From a virus (lineage: Duplodnaviria > Caudoviricetes): a stretch of DNA of 30,909 nucleotides. Made by a program: the position numbers and the translations under genes. The number at the start of each line of letters is the position of its first letter. The first letter of the stretch is position 1. The stretch covers positions 1 through 30,909 of IMG/VR virus record IMGVR_UViG_3300020042_005969; one strand, given 5' to 3'. The notes below the pieces were generated by a model. The model saw only the letters and a list, made by a program, of their open reading frames with translations. It was not told the DNA's origin and ran no database searches. Below are positions 1 to 6,608 of the stretch, piece by piece.

Positions 1-1077
1 GTACCAGACGCCCCATGTGGTGCAGGCGCTGTAGTCGGATGTGTTCTTGGTCTCAAACGCCGTATCCCAGCTCTGGAGGATGTATTCGCACTTGGGCGGG
101 TCTTCGGGCAGCCAAATTCGCCAGCTTTTGCGGGAAATCAACGCCGAGTTGTCCAATGTTGGCTGTTGCATGTACTGGGCGTTCCAGTACCGGGGCTCAA
201 TGCTGGCTTTGGTGGTCTTCAGGGACTCCAGCGTCCACTGCTCGGGCCAGAGGGACTTCTCCTGCGGGGTATCTTCGTTCAGGATGGCCGGGAGTTCGAC
301 GATTTCCCACGGCAGGGAGTCAGGATTCTTGGTTTGGTACGTCAGCAAGCGCCCGGTCAGGTCGAGCAGCGACCAACGGGTCATCACAATGATGATTGCC
401 CCTCCGGGCATCAGCCGTTGCAGCGGCCCGGTCTGCATCCACGACCACGCAGTGTCAAATGCAAGGCGGCTGTTGGCTTTTACGTCTTGTTCTGAATGCG
501 GGTCATCAATAACGAATAGATCAGCGCCGCGCCCAGCAAGTGCACCGCCGACACCGGCGGCGTAGTACTGCCCACCGGCCCCGGTTGACCATTTACCGGC
601 TGCTTTTTGATCGTCTGCGACCCTTGTGTCAGGGAAAATCTCATGGTAGTCCTCGCTGTCCAACAAATTTCGCACCCGACGACCGTAATCCTCCGACAAA
701 CCCGCCGTGTGGGTCGCCATGATGATCTTTTTCTCGGGGTATTTGCCTAAAAAATAGGCAGGAAACAGGTATGAGCTGAATTCAGACTTGCCCATGCGGG
801 GTGCGATGTTGATGATGACGCGTTTTTTGCGCCCCTCAATCACATCCGTGAAGATTTTGGCCAGCTTGCGGTGGTGTGCGCCGATTTTGAAGCCCGGATA
901 GGTGGCTGTGGCAAAGCCCAGCATGTTATGTTGCGCCGCAGCAAGCGAAACACGCTTCTCCTGAACCTCCAAGTCGCTGAACAGCTCCATCTTTTCTTGG
1001 AGCGTCATGGTCGGCAGCGCCTTCATCAACGCTTCCAGCTCTTGTTTGTTAAGGGAGGTGAGGATGTCAGGGTTCAT
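1..1077 (-). CDS. terL: Terminase large subunit (3'-partial, continues beyond position 1)
   Basis: Hand translation from ATG at 1077: MNPDILTSLNKQELEALM...RVIINIAPRMGKSE (Walker A)...GRGADLFVIDDPHSE (Walker B)...IIVMTRW (motif III)...WNAQYMQQP...ILQSWDTAF...DYSACTTWGVWY (start of RNase H-like nuclease). No stop before window edge, hence absent from the ORF track. Confidence 0.96.
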   Translation of the reverse strand, partial: MNPDILTSLNKQELEALMKALPTMTLQEKMELFSDLEVQEKRVSLAAAQHNMLGFATATYPGFKIGAHHRKLAKIFTDVIEGRKKRVIINIAPRMGKSEFSSYLFPAYFLGKYPEKKIIMATHTAGLSEDYGRRVRNLLDSEDYHEIFPDTRVADDQKAAGKWSTGAGGQYYAAGVGGALAGRGADLFVIDDPHSEQDVKANSRLAFDTAWSWMQTGPLQRLMPGGAIIIVMTRWSLLDLTGRLLTYQTKNPDSLPWEIVELPAILNEDTPQEKSLWPEQWTLESLKTTKASIEPRYWNAQYMQQPTLDNSALISRKSWRIWLPEDPPKCEYILQSWDTAFETKNTSDYSACTTWGVWY

Positions 1078-1639
1078 CGGCAAGAACGGCTTCCTGTATA
1101 TCGACCACGCCCATGAACCGATTGAGTTTTTCCTTGATGCGCTGCTCCAACTCGGTGTCGGTGAGCGATTCCTTTTGGACTTCAATCTTGTCAGTGAACA
1201 GTCCCACCTCGGTCACCTTGCCAAGTAGGCCGAGCGCCTTGAGGCGGATGTTCGCGTTGGGGTTTTGGGTTTCTTCAACCAATTTGGCAACTGTGTAGCC
1301 GCGCAGCTCTTTGGCTTGGTTGACGAACTCCCAGTCGTATGCAGTCAGCATGCCCACTAAATGTTGCACCGCAGCAGGGGTCTTGACCTGTGCCAGCGCA
1401 GTGTGGGTAATTTCTTCCGGGGATGCAGAAACAAGATTTGCAAAAGTCTCTTGGGCGGCTTTGGTGTCAAGGGCGGTGGCCAGCGCTTTGCTGTCTACCG
1501 CACCCATCTTGGTGAGCCAGTTGGTGGTATTGATTTTGGCGTCGAGTAAAGACGCGGGGTCGGCGTTCTTTGCCGCTGCCACGGGGCGTGGGCGGTTATC
1601 AAAAATTTCCGGCTCAAAATCAATCAGGTGTTCAAACAT
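1067..1639 (-). CDS. terS: Probable terminase small subunit
   Basis: 190 aa helical protein directly upstream of and overlapping terL; RLKALGLLGK...VGLFTDKIEV segment typical of podophage TerS. Confidence 0.7.
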   Translation of the reverse strand: MFEHLIDFEPEIFDNRPRPVAAAKNADPASLLDAKINTTNWLTKMGAVDSKALATALDTKAAQETFANLVSASPEEITHTALAQVKTPAAVQHLVGMLTAYDWEFVNQAKELRGYTVAKLVEETQNPNANIRLKALGLLGKVTEVGLFTDKIEVQKESLTDTELEQRIKEKLNRFMGVVDIQEAVLADEP

Positions 1640-1648
1640 GCGTAGGTG

Positions 1649-1677
1649 TTGCGGCCTCGTTCGGCGCAGTGTATACT
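1649..1677 (+). promoter_or_regulatory. Sigma70-like promoter driving the small RNA
   Basis: TTGCGG (1649-1654), 17-nt spacer, TATACT (1672-1677). Confidence 0.6.
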
Positions 1678-1708
1678 AGATCGCGGTAGGTGTGCAACTC
1701 TTGTGCAT
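1676..1708 (-). CDS. Possible 10-aa leader ORF MHKSCTPTAI upstream of terS (alternative reading of the same DNA)
   Basis: Minus strand reads AAGGAGAAGCAA-ATG CAC AAG AGT TGC ACA CCT ACC GCG ATC TAG, with a strong SD. Confidence 0.3.
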   Translation of the reverse strand: MHKSCTPTAI

Positions 1709-1773
1709 TTGCTTCTCCTTGGTAGCTAACACTACTTTTAAATCCCCGGCCTTGAACACCGGGGATTTTTTTT
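1684..1773 (+). ncRNA. Putative ~90-nt small RNA with anti-SD/anti-start-codon seed
   Basis: Lies between a promoter and an intrinsic terminator, no recognisable plus-strand gene; contains GCATTTGCTTCTCCTTG (1705-1721). 5' end estimated from the -10 box. Confidence 0.5.
1740..1773 (+). terminator. Rho-independent terminator
   Basis: AAATCCCCGG-ccttgaaca-CCGGGGATTT, running into a T8 tract (1766-1773). Confidence 0.85.
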
Positions 1774-1940
1774 AAAATTTTTGCGGCCTGCCTGTTTTTT
1801 AAGCAGGGGGTGGGGTGGCTTTGTCTAAGGTTTTACAAAGTTTGCTTTGCGTGTGGGGAATAGTGTTTATGGCTACGACGCATCGCGTGCTCCACAAGGG
1901 GTGATACCCCGGTGGTGGGGTCGCTAGGGTGTCTGCTACC

Positions 1941-1970
1941 CTGCATTATTTACACCCCTTGTGGTAAAAT
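1941..1970 (+). promoter_or_regulatory. Extended -10 promoter for the early arm
   Basis: TGgTAAAAT at 1962-1970, ~85 nt upstream of the first plus-strand gene; -35 poor. Confidence 0.6.
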
Positions 1971-2017
1971 ACAGTTGTCGATGCGGTAGGGATTCCCTCT
2001 ACAGCAGGCCGACATAT

Positions 2018-2036
2018 GTGTTGCACTGTGCAACAC
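2018..2036. repeat. Class A palindrome, copy 1
   Basis: GTGTTGCAC-T-GTGCAACAC, just upstream of SD GGAG of gene 2056. Confidence 0.9.
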
Positions 2037-2055
2037 TTTCTTACTGGAGAAACCT

Positions 2056-2460
2056 ATGACTAAGTTCAACAAGACCGCCCTGTTCGCAGCCCTCAACAAG
2101 TTCGTGGACGACAAGGTCGCTCTCATTACCTCCGTACGCAGTGCGGGCTACAAGACGCTAGAGGAAGCCCGCCCCGATGTCATGGAATGGGTGTGCACAC
2201 GGGTTAAGGGTGTGTCAGTGGTCACACGCGGCTCGCAGGTGGCGTTCAAGGGCGACAAGGCGCAGTGCGGTAAGGCTCGCACTGCACTGCGGGACATCAC
2301 GCTGAATCTGCAAGGCACTACGCGCCGCAAGGCCGCAGCCGCTGCTGCACCGAAAGAAGACCACAAGCCCGCGCCTATGACCAAGACGCAACGCACCGCC
2401 CTTGAGTTGGCCATCGCCGCTTTCGGTAGCAAAGCCAAGCTGTTGGCCGCTCTGAAGTAA
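2056..2460 (+). CDS. Hypothetical early protein (134 aa, Ala/Lys-rich)
   Basis: GGAGA SD, coding-like codon usage, first gene after the promoter. Confidence 0.85.
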   Translation: MTKFNKTALFAALNKFVDDKVALITSVRSAGYKTLEEARPDVMEWVCTRVKGVSVVTRGSQVAFKGDKAQCGKARTALRDITLNLQGTTRRKAAAAAAPKEDHKPAPMTKTQRTALELAIAAFGSKAKLLAALK

Positions 2461-2464
2461 ATCT

Positions 2465-2479
2465 GTTGCACTGTGCAAC
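2465..2479. repeat. Class A palindrome, copy 2
   Basis: GTTGCAC-T-GTGCAAC, 4 nt after the stop codon at 2460. Confidence 0.9.
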
Positions 2480-2486
2480 GCTTTTC

Positions 2487-2517
2487 CATGCAAGACCCCG
2501 AGGGCGGGGCTTGTGTG
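2487..2517 (+). other. Intergenic RNA hairpin with G-U pairs
   Basis: CATGCAAG(A)CCCCG-aggg-CGGGG-CTTGTGTG. Confidence 0.55.
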
Positions 2518-2554
2518 GTGTTTCTTTTATTGTCAACCCAACCTTGGATACCCC

Positions 2555-2737
2555 ATGAACAACACCATCTCCCGCGCAGCCCGCACGCTGTGCCACAACC
2601 ATCACCACATCCTGCCCCATATTGAAAGGCGGTTCCTGCCCGCCATCGCCCGCGCATGGGCAAGGCAATTCGGCATCCCCAAACCCGTAATGCTGCGGGC
2701 TATGGCCCGGTATGCGCGGCTACACCACAGCGCCTAA
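2555..2737 (+). CDS. Hypothetical protein (60 aa, MNNTISRAAR...)
   Basis: ATG at 2555 after GGA; fills the space between intergenic elements. Confidence 0.65.
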   Translation: MNNTISRAARTLCHNHHHILPHIERRFLPAIARAWARQFGIPKPVMLRAMARYARLHHSA

Positions 2738-2787
2738 GCAGGGCTTTCTGCAAGCGTAGCGTGCTGCGCTTGCGGGGCAATCCTGCC
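2738..2787 (+). other. Long intergenic RNA stem-loop (candidate RNase III site)
   Basis: TTCTGCAAGCGTAGC-gt-GCTGCGCTTGCGGGG pairs throughout using G-U wobbles, closed by GCAGG/CCTGC. Confidence 0.6.
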
Positions 2788-2794
2788 CATTACC

Positions 2795-2809
2795 GGGACA
2801 ACTTGTCCC
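2795..2809. repeat. Class B palindrome, copy 1
   Basis: GGGACAA-C-TTGTCCC upstream of the SD of gene 2830. Confidence 0.85.
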
Positions 2810-2829
2810 ACCTACCACTGGAGAATCCT

Positions 2830-3027
2830 ATGACACATATCGCCAACCGCACCCACGCCACCAACCCGTTCACCCGCGCAACTCTGACTGTGTACCCTGT
2901 GGGTACATGGCGCAACGAGCGCACCAAGAAGGAAGTGAACCAAGCTCTGTACTTCTACCAGTGCGGGGCTGACCGATACACAGTGACTGTGTGGCACAAG
3001 CCAAAAGCCAAAGTTTCTACACACTAG
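2830..3027 (+). CDS. Hypothetical protein (65 aa, MTHIANRTHATNPF...)
   Basis: GGAGA SD before ATG 2830; the longer upstream start in the track crosses non-coding hairpins. Confidence 0.75.
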   Translation: MTHIANRTHATNPFTRATLTVYPVGTWRNERTKKEVNQALYFYQCGADRYTVTVWHKPKAKVSTH

Positions 3028-3070
3028 GCTTATCTACAGGAAAATGCCTAAAAAAGTGGCATTTTCTACA

Positions 3071-3361
3071 TATCCGGTTTATCTATAGCGTGGACACACT
3101 TTCGGACACGCTAAGTCGTTGATTCATAACGAGTATCGGCGCAGTACTCCAGACTATATATATAAATATAATTATTAAGATAAGTAAGTATGTATCTCTC
3201 CATATACCCACAAGCTCCGGCTGCTTTGCTTGCCCTTCCTTCCTTTGGCGTATTAGTTCCTCCCAAAACAGGGACTTTCTGGAGTACTGCGGCGTTTACC
3301 CTTGCGAATCAAGGACTTAGCGTGTCCAGCACCACGACACGAGATATAGATAAACCGGATA
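3071..3361. repeat. Large imperfect inverted repeat with two IHF-consensus sites around an AT-rich core (origin-like element)
   Basis: Arms 3071-3153 and 3278-3361 share TATCCGGTTTATCTATA, GGACACGCTAAGTC(g/c)TTGATTC and CGCAGTACTCCAGA; WATCAANNNNTTR at 3112-3124 (-) and 3307-3319 (+); AT run 3155-3190. Confidence 0.85.
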
Positions 3362-3372
3362 CCCCTACCATG

Positions 3373-3403
3373 TCTACAGAAAAAGGTGTGCAGAATGTAT
3401 AAT
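3373..3403 (+). promoter_or_regulatory. Promoter upstream of gene 3448
   Basis: Perfect TATAAT at 3398-3403, 44 nt before the ATG; -35 not canonical. Confidence 0.55.
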
Positions 3404-3415
3404 AGCGTTGAAAGT

Positions 3416-3430
3416 GTTGCACTGTGCAAC
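3416..3430. repeat. Class A palindrome, copy 3
   Basis: GTTGCAC-T-GTGCAAC between TATAAT and the SD of gene 3448. Confidence 0.9.
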
Positions 3431-3447
3431 GCTAACGGAGACCTGAA

Positions 3448-4248
3448 ATGCCCAAGCTATTGACCCGAACGCCATTTCAACGCCGCGTCGAAGAACACGC
3501 TGCCATCGTCAAGAACACAATGCGAAAGGTGAAGATAAAGGACACCACACATAAAAACTTGTGGCGCGAACTGGTGCACCCGCTACGCCGTGAGCGTGCC
3601 AAGGTGCAGACCAGCATCGACTACTACGCCCGCAAGCCGGACGCTGACCCCTATCAGCGCGACACAAACGCCGCCTACCTTGCCCTGCTCATAAAACTGG
3701 AGGACAAACTCGTGGCATGGCAGACGCTGTACGAAAACCACACGCCCAAGCAAATGGCACTTGAGAAGGGCATCGCCAACCACGGGACGCACTGGTCTGA
3801 CTGGATACCCACGCACATACGCGACCACTTTGTGGCAGCGTACCAAAACATATCTGCAACCCGCAAAAGCGGACGAGCCCGCACCCCGTTCGAGCGCACC
3901 CCTACACCGCCTAAACCCAAGCGCCCTCGACGAATGTCAAAGACCCCAACCGGGACACGCTGTCCCACCCCCATCGAAGAACTACGCGACCGCATGAAGG
4001 CACTCGACAACGAGATGCTAACCACCACAGACCCACACAGAAAGGAGGAGATACGACAGACCATCATCAACCTACGCACAGAGCAAGACGAGTTACGCAA
4101 GGTACGCGCTCGCCGCAGGGCATCCGCATACTACCTTGCACAGAAAGAGAAACACGCAGGGATAACAAAGAGAGTTAGGGAGAAACTGAAGGGGGTAGAC
4201 GGTCTACCCCCTCATCAACCACATGGAGAAACTTATGAACAGAACTGA
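3448..4248 (+). CDS. Basic hypothetical protein (266 aa), probable nucleic-acid binder
   Basis: GGAG SD; Arg/Lys-rich, GTHWSDWIP motif, Pro linker, coiled-coil C-terminus. Confidence 0.85.
   Translation: MPKLLTRTPFQRRVEEHAAIVKNTMRKVKIKDTTHKNLWRELVHPLRRERAKVQTSIDYYARKPDADPYQRDTNAAYLALLIKLEDKLVAWQTLYENHTPKQMALEKGIANHGTHWSDWIPTHIRDHFVAAYQNISATRKSGRARTPFERTPTPPKPKRPRRMSKTPTGTRCPTPIEELRDRMKALDNEMLTTTDPHRKEEIRQTIINLRTEQDELRKVRARRRASAYYLAQKEKHAGITKRVREKLKGVDGLPPHQPHGETYEQN
4190..4212. repeat. Class C palindrome, copy 1
   Basis: AGGGGGTAGAC-G-GTCTACCCCCT, inside the 3' end of gene 3448 and upstream of the SD of gene 4235. Confidence 0.9.
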
Positions 4249-4414
4249 AACAACCTTGTATGCAATCGGCAACGCGAGCCTCGCGTGTGCCGTCCTCTTC
4301 GTCTGCTGGGGCAGCGAGGGGTGGGTATTCCAAGCGGGCATCCTGTACGCAGGCGCTGTGTTTGGCAGTTTGGTAACCGAAGCCCTTAACTACAAAGAAG
4401 GAGAGACAGCATGA
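4235..4414 (+). CDS. Small membrane protein (59 aa, two hydrophobic segments)
   Basis: GGAGA SD; ATGA overlap with next gene. Confidence 0.75.
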   Translation: MNRTETTLYAIGNASLACAVLFVCWGSEGWVFQAGILYAGAVFGSLVTEALNYKEGETA

Positions 4415-4794
4415 AAGCAGACATCAAGAGCAAGTGGGTCGCCGCACTACGCAGCGGTGCGTACGCGCAGACTACAGAAGTACTGCGTAACGGCAACGGG
4501 TACTGTTGCCTCGGTGTCCTCTGTGACCTGTACTCCCGCGAGACGGGCGTGGAGTGGTATGTGCCAAATGACTACGACGACTGCACCATGCATGGACACG
4601 ACGGCACGCTGCCCGAACAGGTGCGGATATGGGCGCAGATTCCCCACGACGTCGGCGCGTATGTGGCGGTGAGCAAGCGCTACGACGAGGGCGAGGACAC
4701 GATTGTTGACCACAGCTTATCGCTCACAGAACTGAATGACTCGTGGGAATACAACTTCCACCAAATCGCGGATGTCATCGAGGAGCAACTGTAA
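4411..4794 (+). CDS. Conserved phage hypothetical protein (WVAALRSG..Q / YCCLGVLCDL type)
   Basis: Recurrent phage motif set KWVAALRSG, CCLGVLCD, LND...FHQIADVIE; strong SD. Confidence 0.88.
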   Translation: MKADIKSKWVAALRSGAYAQTTEVLRNGNGYCCLGVLCDLYSRETGVEWYVPNDYDDCTMHGHDGTLPEQVRIWAQIPHDVGAYVAVSKRYDEGEDTIVDHSLSLTELNDSWEYNFHQIADVIEEQL

Positions 4795-4802
4795 AGGAAT
4801 CA

Positions 4803-4821
4803 GTGGGACAACTCGTCCCAC
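4803..4821. repeat. Class B palindrome, copy 2 (followed by hairpin GTGACTG-cggct-CAGTCAC)
   Basis: GTGGGACAA-C-TCGTCCCAC (one mismatch), 8 nt after the stop at 4794. Confidence 0.85.
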
Positions 4822-4872
4822 CAAACCGTGGTGACTGCGGCTCAGTCACAAACCAACCTAGGAGAAATCAAA

Positions 4873-5049
4873 ATGCAACAAGCATATAAGTTCACGCGTA
4901 TCGTTCCCCGTGATTCCAATCAGCGCACCCGCTTCATCGCGGTGCAGTATCTACGCGTTCCCCGCACCATCATCTACGATGCAGTCAATACCCGCTGCCG
5001 TACTACCTACGGCGTTATCACTGATGATATTTGGGAGTGCATGAGCTAA
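4873..5049 (+). CDS. 58-aa ORF, possibly the frameshifted N-terminus of the amidoligase
   Basis: AGGAGA SD before ATG 4873; overlaps the next ORF, which is in the -1 frame. Confidence 0.55.
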   Translation: MQQAYKFTRIVPRDSNQRTRFIAVQYLRVPRTIIYDAVNTRCRTTYGVITDDIWECMS

Positions 5050-6584
5050 GCCTCCCTGCCAGCGCGGGCATCGGGCCGAACACCCATGTGCTGGCAGACA
5101 TGAGTGAGCAGGAGTTCTTCCTACTCGCCCACAGCGATTACGCCAATGTCATGGCAAGGATGCACTGCACCCCCGACAGTTCAATCATGCAAGACCGGCG
5201 TTGGGAGCGTGTGTTCATGCACCGGTATGACAGGATGGTAGGTCTTCCACCAGCACTGCCAAGCAACCACTGCACTATCAGCGGGCGTTCGGTATCGCCG
5301 GGCGTGTATATGCGACTCAGGAGACACCGCAAGGTGTTGGCTACTGCTATCGCTGCGCGTGATGCGGGTGATGTGTTCGACTGCTTGCAGTCTATGCTCG
5401 ATGTGTTTGGCGGCGGTAACACTTACATAGTTGAGCGTGCAATGGATGCCATCAACGACATGGACTGGGTGGGCGACAACATTATCCTCACTGACTGCGG
5501 GCATCTTTCGTGGAATGACGAAACGACTACTGTTGAGGGTGAGCAGTGGTGTCAGTCATGCTTCGAGGATGACGCTGTGTATGTTGAGCACCGCGATCAG
5601 TATATGCGGCGCGACAATGTGTACGAGCACAGCGATGGCAACTACTACACCTACGAGGAGGATGAGGAGCTGGACGAGGACGAGGACGAGGACGACGACG
5701 AGCCTACGCAGTTGATGGGTTACACCACCAATGTGATGCGCTATGTGTTCAGAGATGACAGCATCAAGTCCAGCCCGTTCGGTAACTTCCTGATGGGTGT
5801 TGAGTTGGAGATGTGTTCGGGTTCGCGCAGCACTGTGGACAATGCTGTGCGTGATGTGGTGTCGCAGTTGGGCGATGGCTACTGCGTGTGCAAGTCCGAT
5901 GGTTCCTTGCCCGATGACGGGCTGGAGATTGTCACTGCGCCGCGTGGTCTTGCCGAGCATATCGAGCGCTTCAAGAAGTGGAACATCAACACCTCGTATC
6001 GTGCGTGGAACAACAATCGGTGCGGTATGCATGTCCACATCGACGCCAATGCGTTCAGCCAGTTGACGCTGGGTAAGTTCCTCATCTTCATTAACACCGA
6101 GGACAACAAGGACTTCATCCGCAAGATAGCTGGCCGTCATCCGGCTATCGACAACCAAGCGCAGCGGTACTGTGCGATGGAGGGGCAGGAGCAGTTGACC
6201 AATCCCAAGCAGGCACTCAAGGGCAAGGACAGCAGTCGCTACTACATGGTGAACCTCGCCAACCTGACCAGTGCAGGGGCTGTGCGCTTGGGTCTGCCTG
6301 ACTGGAAGTTCTCCGGCAAGTACAACACTGTGGAGTTGCGTATCTTCCGCGCCTCGCTCAAGAAAGAGCGTCTGCTTGCACAGTTGGAGTTCACCCATGC
6401 AGCTGTGATGTTCGTGCGCGCTGCGTCCTACCGTGAGCTGACTGGTGGGGCGTTCGTTACATGGCTCAAGAAATACAGCGTCCTGTATCCGCACCTCGCT
6501 GCGTGGTACGGCGTTGCGCCCATCAAGAAAGCCAATCCCAACACGACAGTCGTCGTGTCGTCCGATGAAACTGTTTCCGCTTAA
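5031..6584 (+). CDS. Putative amidoligase (COOH-NH2 ligase, Amidoligase_2-like) with N-terminal Cys domain and acidic linker; start uncertain
   Basis: Motifs GVELE, KSDGSL, GLEIVTAP, CGMHVHI, RYYMVN, TVELRIFR; upstream CGH/WCQSC and EEDEELDEDEDEDDDE. Confidence 0.9.
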   Translation: MGVHELSLPASAGIGPNTHVLADMSEQEFFLLAHSDYANVMARMHCTPDSSIMQDRRWERVFMHRYDRMVGLPPALPSNHCTISGRSVSPGVYMRLRRHRKVLATAIAARDAGDVFDCLQSMLDVFGGGNTYIVERAMDAINDMDWVGDNIILTDCGHLSWNDETTTVEGEQWCQSCFEDDAVYVEHRDQYMRRDNVYEHSDGNYYTYEEDEELDEDEDEDDDEPTQLMGYTTNVMRYVFRDDSIKSSPFGNFLMGVELEMCSGSRSTVDNAVRDVVSQLGDGYCVCKSDGSLPDDGLEIVTAPRGLAEHIERFKKWNINTSYRAWNNNRCGMHVHIDANAFSQLTLGKFLIFINTEDNKDFIRKIAGRHPAIDNQAQRYCAMEGQEQLTNPKQALKGKDSSRYYMVNLANLTSAGAVRLGLPDWKFSGKYNTVELRIFRASLKKERLLAQLEFTHAAVMFVRAASYRELTGGAFVTWLKKYSVLYPHLAAWYGVAPIKKANPNTTVVVSSDETVSA

Positions 6585-6608
6585 TCAATCTATCCAAGGA
6601 GAATTACT

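Noticed and set aside
15-1679. Plus-strand ORFs in the track over 15-1679
   Set aside because: Antisense shadows of terL and terS, which carry clear motifs or context on the minus strand.
1684-1773. tRNA gene
   Set aside because: No cloverleaf, T-loop GTTCRA or CCA end.
3071-3361. MITE or IS remnant
   Set aside because: No target-site duplication or transposase seen; block-wise conservation with IHF sites fits a protein-binding element better.
3190-3402. 70-aa ORF inside the inverted-repeat element
   Set aside because: No SD, and it runs through the repeat arm and promoter; better explained as non-coding.
2018-4821. Palindromic repeats as a CRISPR or mini-array
   Set aside because: Repeats are only 15-19 bp, irregularly spaced hundreds of bp apart with genes between them; no cas genes.
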